From Clostridia bacterium (GTDB taxonomy: Bacteria > Bacillota > Clostridia > Oscillospirales > Acutalibacteraceae), in contig JAFQSY010000089.1 of NCBI GenBank assembly GCA_017409265.1, positions 5,128-69,127 of the forward strand: DNA of 64,000 bases, in the 5' to 3' direction. The notes below the pieces were generated by a model. The model worked only from the letters and a program-made list of their open reading frames with translations. It searched no databases and was not told the origin of the DNA. Within the stretch, counting starts at the first letter, position 1; the number at the start of each line of letters is the position of its first letter. Of this stretch, positions 18,993-29,126 are shown piece after piece. A program made the translations under genes and the position numbers.

Positions 18993-19991
18993 TTAATGTA
19001 TATCATTTGTCATAATCAAATCGCCGCTGTCGGAAAAAGTGATTATAATTCCGTTATTATCGTATGTTGCAAAAAAAGGCACTTTTGCTTTCATTGTCAG
19101 GTTCCATTTAACATTCGGATATACCTTTCCGAGCTGATTTGTAACAATTGCAATTTCAGGATTGAGAGTTTTGAGAAAACCCGATGATGAAGAGCCATAA
19201 TAGCCGTGATGACCGATTTTAAGAATATCAACATCGCCAATCTTATCTGCGAGCATATCTTCAAGCCCTGTTGATGCGGTTATATCAGCTGCAAGGAACG
19301 CAGTTTTTTTCCCTTTTGTTATCTTCACTCCGATACTTGAAGCATTCTCCCCTTTTCCTTCGAGCGAATCGGGAGTTACCGTATTATAAAACTGAATTGA
19401 GAAATCACCAAATACAAATGATTCATTCGGAAGATTGCTGATAACAGGGATATTTCTCTTATTCAAATCATCAATAATCTGATTATAGGTTTCGTCTATC
19501 TTCCATCTTTCAATTTCGTAATCCTTTGCGATAATAGGATTAAATTCTTTGAAATATGCCTTTCCGATTGAAATATCCGTATCAGTTATCAATGCATGAA
19601 ATGAGCCTATATGGTCATAGTGGCAATGGGTTCCGAGAATAAAATCAAGATGCACGCTGTTTTCAGTTTTGCATACTTTTTTTATATACTCAACAACTTC
19701 TTTTTCATATCCCTTATATTCGGTTTTACGTCTTGGATTGTTATCTCCCTCTCCTGCATCAATAAGTGCAAACATTCCGTTGCTTTCAATCAGGATTGAA
19801 TCTGAATTTGCGGTGTTGAGAAAATGGATTCTGTCATCACCGTTTTCATATTCAAATTTCTCCTTATTGAATGAATATTTGCGGCAATAGCTGTTACCGA
19901 TTACAACAGTTGCAATATCAAGAATAAATATGGCTGCCATCAGCGGAACAACAATCCATGTTGCAATTTTTTTAATCTTTTTACTGTTCAT
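18993..19991 (-). CDS. Membrane-anchored MBL-fold hydrolase, Pce (phosphorylcholine esterase)/ComEC-like
   Basis: N-terminal TM; IHFLN..SDSILIESNGMFALIDAGE, THCHYDHIG, KIGHHG. Confidence 0.7.
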   Translation of the reverse strand: MNSKKIKKIATWIVVPLMAAIFILDIATVVIGNSYCRKYSFNKEKFEYENGDDRIHFLNTANSDSILIESNGMFALIDAGEGDNNPRRKTEYKGYEKEVVEYIKKVCKTENSVHLDFILGTHCHYDHIGSFHALITDTDISIGKAYFKEFNPIIAKDYEIERWKIDETYNQIIDDLNKRNIPVISNLPNESFVFGDFSIQFYNTVTPDSLEGKGENASSIGVKITKGKKTAFLAADITASTGLEDMLADKIGDVDILKIGHHGYYGSSSSGFLKTLNPEIAIVTNQLGKVYPNVKWNLTMKAKVPFFATYDNNGIIITFSDSGDLIMTNDIH

Positions 19992-20150
19992 GCGGTATCT
20001 CCGTTTAAATTAATGCTTAATCTTAAGTAGTTTATCATAATTTTTATAAATTTACTATACTTTAAGGAAAAAATTTTCAAAACTGCTTGTATCATTAAGA
20101 AAATTAATGTAAACTAATATAAGAATTTTTCTGATTGGAGTCTACTTGTT

Positions 20151-21317
20151 TTGAAAGCAGAAAAAAAACAACTTATCAAAGATTATATGCTGCAAACACT
20201 GACTGTTTTTACGTCCGTATTACCGATATCGGTAAGCTCAGCCGTTTTCATGGGTTTTCATTATTTGTACGGATTCTTGTTTGCTTCTTTTGCATCGCTT
20301 CTTGGCAACAAAGATGCTCAAAAAAAAATCATGCCTGCATATGCAGCATTTCTTATCCTGATGTTTGCTGCTCACAGCTACGGATTGGCAACAGTATCTC
20401 TGGCATGTTTTATATGCGGAATCATCTCAATTATTTTTTACTTTTTACCGAAGCAATTTAAAACACATGATAATCCCGTTACCGCAGGCATAATGCTTTC
20501 AACAGCCATAAGCGTTACCGTTATGCTTACAACGCATTATTTCGGAATCGGAGCAAGCGGAAATACGGTTAGAGAAATGATAGCTTCCTATCTTTCGCTT
20601 GGTTTCCATCCGAATTGGAGAGGTGTTCTTTACGGAACGGTTGTTATGGTTATTATGATAACTTTTCCCAGGAAATTTAAAAAGCTCTGTACTTATCTCA
20701 AAGCCCCTTTTACAGCTGTTATCGTTACCGTTATCCTCAACCTGTTCCTTAATCCCTCTGATTTTAAAACAGCAATCAATGAAATCGGCAGCATTTATAT
20801 TTTTGATAAATCAACAGAGCGAATCTTCTTTTTTTCAGACGGTGAAATCAACTTTTTCGCCGCAATTGCCTGCGGAATCGCTCTTTTCTTTGTCTGCAGC
20901 TTTGCTTTACAAAAAAAGAATGCCGATAATTCAGATTGCAGGTTAAGCGCAATGATTAACACCGTTTTCGGAACATCACTCGGACTTTTGCTTCCGTACG
21001 GAACAAAAAGAAAAAACAATAAATGGATTTCGAGCATAGGTTCATTCGTTTTATGCCTTGTAGTTCTGCTGATACCGTCAGTTGAAAGGATCCCGCTTCA
21101 TTCACTTGCAGTTGTTATGATAGTCGGTGTATGGGAAAGCATTGAGTGGAAAGAGATAAAAAAAGCATTCTCCTCTCCCGTTTCCGTTATATTCTTTGTT
21201 CTTTCTTTTGCATCCATTCTTTATTTCGGGTATGTTTACGGAATTCTGATTTCTGACATATTATACATTATATATGTTTGTTTTCAGAAAACAAATGCAT
21301 TTAAAACAAACGAATAA
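20151..21317 (+). CDS. SulP-like anion transporter, divergent and STAS-less
   Basis: Multi-TM; PVTAGIM and ERIPLHSLAVVMI segments typical of SulP. Confidence 0.55.
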   Translation: MKAEKKQLIKDYMLQTLTVFTSVLPISVSSAVFMGFHYLYGFLFASFASLLGNKDAQKKIMPAYAAFLILMFAAHSYGLATVSLACFICGIISIIFYFLPKQFKTHDNPVTAGIMLSTAISVTVMLTTHYFGIGASGNTVREMIASYLSLGFHPNWRGVLYGTVVMVIMITFPRKFKKLCTYLKAPFTAVIVTVILNLFLNPSDFKTAINEIGSIYIFDKSTERIFFFSDGEINFFAAIACGIALFFVCSFALQKKNADNSDCRLSAMINTVFGTSLGLLLPYGTKRKNNKWISSIGSFVLCLVVLLIPSVERIPLHSLAVVMIVGVWESIEWKEIKKAFSSPVSVIFFVLSFASILYFGYVYGILISDILYIIYVCFQKTNAFKTNE

Positions 21318-21320
21318 TAT

Positions 21321-21358
21321 AAAAATCAGTCTGCAGTTTAAATTGCAGACTGATTTTT
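21321..21358. terminator. Bidirectional terminator
   Basis: AAAAATCAGTCTGCA/TGCAGACTGATTTTT. Confidence 0.8.
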
Positions 21359-22361
21359 ATATTATCTTCATAAATATATAGGCAATCGCCCAACCAATAA
21401 GCCCACACCCGGGAAACGTAAAAAGCCACGCTGCAACCATTTCACATACAACTTTACGATTAACAGATTTAATGCCGTCGGCAAATCCCACTCCGATTAC
21501 AGCTGAAGTTTTTGTATGCGTTGTGCTTACAGGGAAACCAAGAAGAGTTGAAATAAAAAGACATAGTGCACCGGACAAATCAGAAGAAAACCCTTGGTCA
21601 ACGCGAAGCTCAACCATATCCTTACCTATCGTTTTTATTATTCTGTCACCGCCCATCGCAGTGCCTGCAGCAATAGCAGCGGATGATATTGCGAGCGGAA
21701 ATAACGAATCACTAAAAGCTATTCCTCCTGCATTCGAAACAGAAAGTATCAAGGAAAGAATTCCCGCAAACTTCTGTGAATCTTGTGCTCCGTGCATAAA
21801 CGCCATAATCATACTTGATATTATTTGTGATATTCTGTATATTCTCTCTGATTTCTTTTTTTCTGTGTTTCGGAAAATAAACGATGTTAGTTTTGATACG
21901 GCAAATCCTCCGACAAATCCAATAACAACTGAAACAAAAAGTCCTTTTATTACTTTATTCCACTCAAACAGGTCAATTCCCGAAAAACCGCCGTTGACCG
22001 AAACCGCTGCACCTGTAAGACCTGCTATAAGTGCATGGCTTTCACTTGTCGGTATTCCAAATCGCCACGCAGTAACCGCCCATATTACAACAGAGCACAT
22101 TGCCGCGCAAAGTGAAATAACTGCAATTTTCCTATCATCACCAAAATCGGCTATATTCATAACTGTTTCCGAAACTTTATTGCTGAATGCACCGATAACC
22201 ATTGCTCCTGAAAAATCTGCTGCTGCAGCCGCAATAACCGCGTTTTTCAGCTTCATACATCCTGTAGACACACTTGAGGCGATTGCATTCGGCGCATCAG
22301 TCATACCGTTAACAAAACCAACCGCAAGTGTTATGAACACGGTAAAATAAATAATAAACAT
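21357..22361 (-). CDS. PiT family inorganic phosphate transporter
   Basis: NGMTDAPNAIA, GIPTSESHA, HGAQDSQK, PVSTTH. Confidence 0.9.
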   Translation of the reverse strand: MFIIYFTVFITLAVGFVNGMTDAPNAIASSVSTGCMKLKNAVIAAAAADFSGAMVIGAFSNKVSETVMNIADFGDDRKIAVISLCAAMCSVVIWAVTAWRFGIPTSESHALIAGLTGAAVSVNGGFSGIDLFEWNKVIKGLFVSVVIGFVGGFAVSKLTSFIFRNTEKKKSERIYRISQIISSMIMAFMHGAQDSQKFAGILSLILSVSNAGGIAFSDSLFPLAISSAAIAAGTAMGGDRIIKTIGKDMVELRVDQGFSSDLSGALCLFISTLLGFPVSTTHTKTSAVIGVGFADGIKSVNRKVVCEMVAAWLFTFPGCGLIGWAIAYIFMKII

Positions 22362-22418
22362 AATATCACCAAAAAACAAACGCCTTCTCAAATCGAGAAA
22401 GCGTTTTTCATTCCTTAT

Positions 22419-22946
22419 TTATTTGAACAGGTTGCCGCCATGGGAATCAATGGCAACTATAACGGGGAAATCTTTGAGTTCAAGCCTTTTTACGCTCTCA
22501 CACCCCAAATCCTTGAATGCAATTTCTTCGCAGGCTTTGATTTGTTTGGCATAAAGGGCACCGGCACCGCCTATTGCGCAGAAATAAACAGCCTTGTTTC
22601 TGACTATTGCATCACAGACCGCTTTGTTCCTTTCACCCTTTCCAATCATAGCTGCAAGACCAAGGTCAAGAAGCCTCGGAGAATAAACATCCATTCTGCT
22701 TGCGGTTGTCGGTCCGCAGCTACCGATTACCATTCCGTCAGGTGTGGGAGTAGGACCGGCAAAATAAATGCAAGCGCCGTCAAGATTAAACGGTAATTTC
22801 TCGCCCGAATCAAGAAGCTGAAAAATTCTTTTATGAGCAGCATCTCTTGATGTATATACCGTTCCGTTAAGCAAAACTCTGTCGCCCGCTTTTAATTTGG
22901 ATACAAATTTTTTTATCTCACTAATGTTTATGTTAAATTCAGCCAT
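22419..22946 (-). CDS. Fe-S class I fumarate/tartrate hydratase beta subunit
   Basis: RDAAHKR, GPTTASRMD, IGKG, GGAGA, AIDSHG. Confidence 0.9.
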   Translation of the reverse strand: MAEFNINISEIKKFVSKLKAGDRVLLNGTVYTSRDAAHKRIFQLLDSGEKLPFNLDGACIYFAGPTPTPDGMVIGSCGPTTASRMDVYSPRLLDLGLAAMIGKGERNKAVCDAIVRNKAVYFCAIGGAGALYAKQIKACEEIAFKDLGCESVKRLELKDFPVIVAIDSHGGNLFK

Positions 22947-22947
22947 A

Positions 22948-23553
22948 TTATTCTTCCTCGGAACCTATATTCTCAACAATAGAAGAAAGAGTTTCCAAAA
23001 GATTTTCTACTCCTGCTTTTAGAGAATCAACAGAGCTTGTGAAATTAACGCAAGCTGTTTTAATGCGGTCGTTTGCATTTGAAATGTCATTCCGTGCATT
23101 TTCAATTGCGCTTTTAGCTCTGCCGGAAATTTCCGCCGCCGAATCCTTTGCGTTACCTATAACATCGCCATACAACTGATAGTTCTTTTCGATTTCGGCA
23201 AATTTCTCTTCAATAGCTGCAATTTTTTCTTCATAGAGCTTAAGCTTGCTGTCTGCCTCTTCAAATTTGAGAGATACTGTTGCATTCTGCTCAATAAGAG
23301 TTTTGTTTTCAGCTTCAAGAAGGCTGACCTTTTCTTTAAGAGCACTATTTTCCGCTTTAAACTCAAGCATTTCATTTTCTGCATTTGTTTTTGCGTTGCT
23401 TACATTTTCAAGCTCTTTTTTATATGATGAACACTCATTGAGCTCTTTTCGGAGAGAAACAATTTCAGTCTGAAGCTGCTCAACATAATTGAGCACACCT
23501 TCCTTTTTGAACCCTCCTATTACCGATTTTTTCAAAATGCTTTCTGAACCCAT
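22948..23553 (-). CDS. DivIVA-like coiled-coil protein
   Basis: N-terminal IGGFKKEGVLNYVE followed by a long heptad region. Confidence 0.55.
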   Translation of the reverse strand: MGSESILKKSVIGGFKKEGVLNYVEQLQTEIVSLRKELNECSSYKKELENVSNAKTNAENEMLEFKAENSALKEKVSLLEAENKTLIEQNATVSLKFEEADSKLKLYEEKIAAIEEKFAEIEKNYQLYGDVIGNAKDSAAEISGRAKSAIENARNDISNANDRIKTACVNFTSSVDSLKAGVENLLETLSSIVENIGSEEE

Positions 23554-23585
23554 ATTCAAAACACCCTTTCCGCTGCAAAACAGCA

Positions 23586-25442
23586 TCATTCAAACAAAAT
23601 TATTTCATCAACATTTTCTGCAACCACAGCACTTCTGCCTTTGCTGTAAACCACAAGCAAATTTCCGTTTTCTTCTCCGCAAATATAAGCGGCCTTACCG
23701 TTTTCGGTATAAGCAAAACTTGAAACAATAATATCACTGCCGATAAGCTGTTCTTCATCTTCGGCGCAGATATAATAATCCGCAGTCGGATGCGTGCCGC
23801 TTAAATCATGTCCTTTTAAGATTATAACATCATCGGTATTTTCAACCGTAAAGGCGTTTGCGGCATTTGAAAGCTTAACACTGCTTTCGCCGTCATATGA
23901 ATACAAATCACCTGTGTTTTTTCCCAAATCTGCTTTAAGATAAATAACTGTATCGTTAAGCATATGGTAGCTTGAAAGTCCGTTATCAACATTAAAGCTT
24001 GCAGACGGCATGAGACTGTCGTTAAGACTGTTTGTATAAAGACTCAAACGCTCACCTTGCAAATCGCGGACAAAAGCATAAATTCTCGAGCCGTTTTCAG
24101 AAAAATCAAACAGGGTTTTTCTGTTATCATAGCCCTTAAGTTCATAGCATACTGCGCCATTTTCTCCGCATGCCGCAAATGCAAGCCCGAGAGATTTAAC
24201 GCTGCCGTCAACAACAGAGCGTGCATATTCAATGACCTCTGACATCGTACTGCGTTGTGCAATGCTCACAAGAGTTGCCATATCCGTCTGATTGGAAACA
24301 ATCTGCGTATTTTCATAAATTATTTTAGGCACACCGAAATCTGAAACACTGCAAACATTTCTTGGGTCAATTTTTTCTGCTATTTTGAAAGTACCCTGCG
24401 AATTATATGCGAATGCAGTAAATACAGGCGCAGAAAAATCGCCGTTTTTTACAGATTCATTAAGTGCTGCCCTTATTTCATCGCGAACAAGCTTATCCTG
24501 ATATTCACGGAACGCTTCATTATATTCTGAAGAAATACCGAGAATCGCAAAAAAGTTATCTCTTTTGGGTTTTGTAACGGTTTTATCGCTTTCCGCATAT
24601 TCATCAGAAATAACCGCAGTCCACGAAATACTTTCGGTCCCCGAAGTGAAATAATACAGATTTCCGCCTGCCGAATAATCGTCAAACATAACAGTATATG
24701 TGTTATCGCAAATCATTTCGGGTTCACCTTCGGTATATGCAACAAAAAGCTCTGTCATCCCCGTATTAATCTGGGATTTTCTTTCAAAAATAATATGAGG
24801 CTTTTCGGCACTGTTGTAACAGAAAATATTAACGATATCACGACAGATTTCTTCGGGAGTTCCGTCTTTGTAAGAATAAAGAACTTTATTAGTACCGTGC
24901 ATTTTTGTAAAATAAAGCTTTTCTGCACCTTTAAGTGCAAATACGCCGTCAACATTAACAGAAAAAGTTTCAATTTTGCTGCTATCTATATCGCAAACAC
25001 AGCCGTCATATGCGCCTGCATCTTTATTCTTTTTCAGATAATATACTTTTCCTGAAACCAAGTCAAAATTTTTCTCTACACCGACATCAATTATTTTCGG
25101 CTCAAGAATTTCACTTCTGTGCTTCTGAATAAAATAAAGGTCATAAAGTCCGTCCTCCTGCGAAGATTCAACCGTAAAAAATACTCTTTCATTTTCTTCG
25201 TCACATTTAAATTCGTCTGCGCTCAAATCTGAAACCGTACGCTCCTTGTCACCGATGCGCACATAAATTTCACCCGCTGTACGGTAAACGATAATACTGT
25301 TATTCTCCGCCTTTGTTCCGCCAATCAACTGACTGACAATAACAACAAAACATATAACAGCTATCAGCGTCGCCACACATGCAAGCACTGTTTTCATTCT
25401 TTTTGAAATTCTCTTCCCTTCGGCATGCTCCAAATCCAACAC
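23586..25442 (-). CDS. Membrane-anchored beta-rich hypothetical protein
   Basis: Single N-terminal TM, repeated YY/LY beta-blade motifs; true start is probably the TTG at 25433. Confidence 0.6.
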   Translation of the reverse strand: MLDLEHAEGKRISKRMKTVLACVATLIAVICFVVIVSQLIGGTKAENNSIIVYRTAGEIYVRIGDKERTVSDLSADEFKCDEENERVFFTVESSQEDGLYDLYFIQKHRSEILEPKIIDVGVEKNFDLVSGKVYYLKKNKDAGAYDGCVCDIDSSKIETFSVNVDGVFALKGAEKLYFTKMHGTNKVLYSYKDGTPEEICRDIVNIFCYNSAEKPHIIFERKSQINTGMTELFVAYTEGEPEMICDNTYTVMFDDYSAGGNLYYFTSGTESISWTAVISDEYAESDKTVTKPKRDNFFAILGISSEYNEAFREYQDKLVRDEIRAALNESVKNGDFSAPVFTAFAYNSQGTFKIAEKIDPRNVCSVSDFGVPKIIYENTQIVSNQTDMATLVSIAQRSTMSEVIEYARSVVDGSVKSLGLAFAACGENGAVCYELKGYDNRKTLFDFSENGSRIYAFVRDLQGERLSLYTNSLNDSLMPSASFNVDNGLSSYHMLNDTVIYLKADLGKNTGDLYSYDGESSVKLSNAANAFTVENTDDVIILKGHDLSGTHPTADYYICAEDEEQLIGSDIIVSSFAYTENGKAAYICGEENGNLLVVYSKGRSAVVAENVDEIILFE

Positions 25443-25467
25443 CTCTTACAGCAACCGTAACTCAATA

Positions 25468-25495
25468 AAAGGAACCCGTAAAAACAGGTTCCTTT
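25468..25495 (-). terminator. Terminator after transketolase
   Basis: AAAGGAACC/GGTTCCTTT stem. Confidence 0.6.
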
Positions 25496-25510
25496 CATTT
25501 GAAATCAACG

Positions 25511-26458
25511 TTATTTCATTGAAACGGCCTGCTTTGCCTTTTCAACTATATTCTGTGCATCAAGTCCGTAAATATGAAGAAGTTCAACTGCGGGGCCTGA
25601 TTTTCCGAATACATCGTTAACACCAAGCTTAACAACGGGAACGGGTTTTGCTGTTTCACAAACTGCCTCTGCAACTGCGCTGCCGAGTCCACCAATAATG
25701 CTGTGTTCTTCAGCTGTAACGATTGCACCTGTTTTAGCTGCCGAACGGAGAATTGTTTCGGCATCAAGAGGCTTGATTGTGTGGACATTGATAACTTCAG
25801 CGCTTATGCCCTGCTCTGCGAGAATTTTCTGAGCTTCAATCGCTTCATTAACCATAAGACCCGTTGCGCAGATTGTTACGTCTGTTCCTTCATTAAGAAC
25901 AACAGCCTTGCCCCACTCAAATTTATAATCTTCATCAAAGATTCTGGGAACGGCAAGACGTCCGAATCTCATATAAACAGGGCCTTCATATTCAGCTGCC
26001 GCAAGAACAGCTGCTCTTGCTTCAACATCATCAGCAGGATTGATAATTGTCATACCGGGAATTGCACGCATAAGAGCAATATCCTCGCAGCACTGATGGC
26101 TTGCACCGTCTTCACCGACAGAAATACCTGCGTGAGTTGCACCGATTTTAACATTAAGATGAGGATATGCGATTGAATTTCTTACCTGCTCATATGCTCT
26201 GCCTGCAGCAAACATTGCAAATGTACTTGCAAAAACAGTATAACCCGAAGCTGCAAGACCGGCTGCAATGCCCATCATATTACTTTCGGCAATACCGCAA
26301 TCAAAGAATTTTTCGGGGTGAGCCTTTTTAAACATACCTGTTTTTGTTGCCGCTGCAAGGTCGGCATCAAGAACAACAACCTTATCATTTATATCGCCAA
26401 GCTCAACAAGAGCCTTTCCGTATGCATCACGGGTTGCGGTTTTAATAATATCTGCCAT
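25511..26458 (-). CDS. Transketolase C-terminal subunit
   Basis: ATRDAYG, GIAESNM, GEDGASHQ, EEHSIIGGLG. Confidence 0.93.
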   Translation of the reverse strand: MADIIKTATRDAYGKALVELGDINDKVVVLDADLAAATKTGMFKKAHPEKFFDCGIAESNMMGIAAGLAASGYTVFASTFAMFAAGRAYEQVRNSIAYPHLNVKIGATHAGISVGEDGASHQCCEDIALMRAIPGMTIINPADDVEARAAVLAAAEYEGPVYMRFGRLAVPRIFDEDYKFEWGKAVVLNEGTDVTICATGLMVNEAIEAQKILAEQGISAEVINVHTIKPLDAETILRSAAKTGAIVTAEEHSIIGGLGSAVAEAVCETAKPVPVVKLGVNDVFGKSGPAVELLHIYGLDAQNIVEKAKQAVSMK

Positions 26459-26478
26459 TTTATTCACCGATCCTTTCA

Positions 26479-27321
26479 TTAGGCTTCAAGCTCTGCAAGA
26501 GCCTGTGTAAGTTCGCTCATAGCCTGCTCATACTGCTCTGCGTTGGGAGCTGTACCATGCCATGAAACCTGATCTTCCATAAATGAAACGCCTTTTCCCT
26601 TAACGCTGTTTGCAACGATAACCGAAGGCTTGCCCTTAAATTCTGCAGCTGCATTAAATGCTGCATCAATTTCGTCAAAGCTGTGAGCACAGATTTCGAT
26701 GACATTCCAACCAAAGGATTTGAACTTTTCAGCGATGGGATAAGGTGAATTGACCTCTGAAATTTTACCGTCAATCTGAAGACCGTTATTATCAACAACA
26801 GCAACAAGATTATCAAGACCCTTTGCCGATGCGAACATAGCAGCTTCCCAAACCTGACCTTCCTGAATTTCACCGTCGCCGAGGACTGTATAAACTCTGT
26901 AAGCTTTATTTCCGAGCTTTGCTGCAAGAGCCATGCCGCATGCAGTTGAGACACCCTGACCGAGAGAGCCTGTGCACATATCAACACCCGGAGTATACTT
27001 CATGCTGGGATGACCCTGAAGCATTGAATCGCTCTTACGGAGAGTTTTAAGATTTTCAGCAGGGAAAAATCCCTTAAGGGCAAGAACAGAATAAAGAGCC
27101 GGAGCCGCATGTCCCTTTGAAAGAACAAATCTGTCCCTGTCTTCCTTTTGAGGATTCCGGGGATCAACATTCATGTGATTAAAATAAAGATAGGTAACAA
27201 TATCAACACATGAGAGTGAACCGCCGGGATGACCCGACTTTGCGTTGAAAACACCTTCAATGATTCCCATTCTTGCTTTACATGCTTTGATTTTTAACTG
27301 TTTTCTGATAGCTGCATCCAT
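26479..27321 (-). CDS. Transketolase N-terminal subunit
   Basis: SGHPGGSLS, LSKGH, GSLGQG, GDGE.QEG..WE. Confidence 0.93.
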   Translation of the reverse strand: MDAAIRKQLKIKACKARMGIIEGVFNAKSGHPGGSLSCVDIVTYLYFNHMNVDPRNPQKEDRDRFVLSKGHAAPALYSVLALKGFFPAENLKTLRKSDSMLQGHPSMKYTPGVDMCTGSLGQGVSTACGMALAAKLGNKAYRVYTVLGDGEIQEGQVWEAAMFASAKGLDNLVAVVDNNGLQIDGKISEVNSPYPIAEKFKSFGWNVIEICAHSFDEIDAAFNAAAEFKGKPSVIVANSVKGKGVSFMEDQVSWHGTAPNAEQYEQAMSELTQALAELEA

Positions 27322-27354
27322 AGCAGATACCTCCTGTATATATTTGATTTCAGA

Positions 27355-28182
27355 TTAGTTTTCTTTCTTTTCGATGTATTCAAGGAAATCAGCAACAGCA
27401 CCGTTATTGCAATGGCATGCAACAAATTCAGATGCTTCTTTTAGCTCCTTCGGTGCTTGACCGCAGCATGCAGGAACACCTACGCTCTTAAGCATATCGT
27501 AATCGTTAAAATAATCACCGATAGCGCCTGTATGAGATTTATCAATTCCGATAATTTCAGCAAGCTTTAAAACCGCTGTTCCTTTATGAGTATTTCTTGC
27601 AAGAATTTCAAAGCTTGCGATTGACGATGACATCAAGGTTAAATCGGGATCTGACATTGAGGTAAAATGCTTTTTAACCTTTGAAATATGCATCGGGATT
27701 CCCGAAAAAATAACCTTTCCCCAATTCTTCTTAGGAACATCATCAATATTCCTTATGTGTTTGTGGTCAAGCTTATCAGCGGCAACAAACAGCTTACCAA
27801 ACCAGCCTGTACCGGTGATATATATTATATCCTTTGCAACAATGATAACATCAACCATCGGAAATTTCTTTGCAGCTTCAACCGCAAGCTTCATTCCCTC
27901 GCTGCTCATTGCGCTGAAATAAATCATTTCATCTTTCTGAAAATCATAAATACCTGCGCCGTTCATAACAACAGCAGGTGTTCCTGTTATAGGAAGACGA
28001 GTGAAATGTTTTTTCATAGACTGCGGATTTCTGCCCGATGCAAGAGTAAACCTGCCGCCCATTGAAACAAACCTCTGAATGGCGTTTTCATTTCGCTCGG
28101 GTAAGCAGCGGAATTTATTATTAAGAGTTCCGTCAATATCCGAAACAATAAGCCAATTTGAAAGTGATTTTTTATTATCCAT
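27355..28182 (-). CDS. Cof-type HAD hydrolase
   Basis: SDIDGTL, ASGR, KG.A, GDYFND..ML. Confidence 0.88.
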   Translation of the reverse strand: MDNKKSLSNWLIVSDIDGTLNNKFRCLPERNENAIQRFVSMGGRFTLASGRNPQSMKKHFTRLPITGTPAVVMNGAGIYDFQKDEMIYFSAMSSEGMKLAVEAAKKFPMVDVIIVAKDIIYITGTGWFGKLFVAADKLDHKHIRNIDDVPKKNWGKVIFSGIPMHISKVKKHFTSMSDPDLTLMSSSIASFEILARNTHKGTAVLKLAEIIGIDKSHTGAIGDYFNDYDMLKSVGVPACCGQAPKELKEASEFVACHCNNGAVADFLEYIEKKEN

Positions 28183-29126
28183 TATTTTTTAATTCTCCCA
28201 ATAAAATCCGTAAAATAATCGGGAAGCGGAGCTTCAAGCTTTATATGCTCACCGGTTGAAGGATGAACAAAGCCGATTAGCCCTGCATGAAGGCATTGAC
28301 CGCCAAGCGAAACAACTCCGTTTTTCGGTCCGTAAACAGGGTCTCCCGCAACGGGATGACCAAGATATGCCATATGAACTCTTATCTGATGTGTTCTGCC
28401 TGTTTCGAGCTTCAAAGCAACAAAAGAAAAATCCTTGTATTCCTCTAAAACTTTATAATGCGTAACTGCGTTTTTTGAATTTTGGTTTATAACGCACATT
28501 TTTTTACGGTCATTCGGACTTCTGCCTATTGGAGCATCAACGATCCCCTCAAGCTCTTTAAGATGTCCGTGAATAACAGCTCGGTATTCTCTGTCCAGCG
28601 AATGAACACTTATCTGCTGTGATAGAGAAATATGCGCATTATCATTTTTAGCAACAAGGAGAAGTCCACTGGTATCCTTATCAATACGATGGACTATTCC
28701 CGGACGGATTACACCGTTTATCCCCGAAAGATTGTCCTTACAATGCCATAAAAGTGCATTGACAAGAGTTGAATCATAGTTGCCGGGGGCGGGATGAACA
28801 ACCATTCCGCGCGGTTTATTGACCACAAGAAGGTCGTTATCCTCATAAATAATATCAAGAGGAATGTTTTGGGGCTCAAGCGAGATTTCTTTAGGCTCCG
28901 GAACAGTAAACTCGAGTCTGTCCCCTTTTTTCAGTTTGAAGCTCTTTGAAACCTGCTTTCCGTTGCAGAATACCAATCCGTCGGCAAACAGATTCTGCAC
29001 AAATGAACGCGAATATTCGCTCAAAATATCTGAAAGGATTCTGTCAATACGGTTACCGACACAATCATCATCGGCAACAATAAAGACAGACTCATTATAT
29101 TCAATTGATTTAATGGGCTCAATCAT
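28182..29126 (-). CDS. rluD: RluA/RluD family pseudouridine synthase
   Basis: S4 domain, NKPRGMVVHP, HRIDKDTSG, TGRTHQIRVH. Confidence 0.9.
   Translation of the reverse strand: MIEPIKSIEYNESVFIVADDDCVGNRIDRILSDILSEYSRSFVQNLFADGLVFCNGKQVSKSFKLKKGDRLEFTVPEPKEISLEPQNIPLDIIYEDNDLLVVNKPRGMVVHPAPGNYDSTLVNALLWHCKDNLSGINGVIRPGIVHRIDKDTSGLLLVAKNDNAHISLSQQISVHSLDREYRAVIHGHLKELEGIVDAPIGRSPNDRKKMCVINQNSKNAVTHYKVLEEYKDFSFVALKLETGRTHQIRVHMAYLGHPVAGDPVYGPKNGVVSLGGQCLHAGLIGFVHPSTGEHIKLEAPLPDYFTDFIGRIKK

Noticed and set aside
21472-22350. 292-aa plus-strand ORF
   Set aside because: Antisense shadow of the PiT gene; no SD and no recognisable motifs
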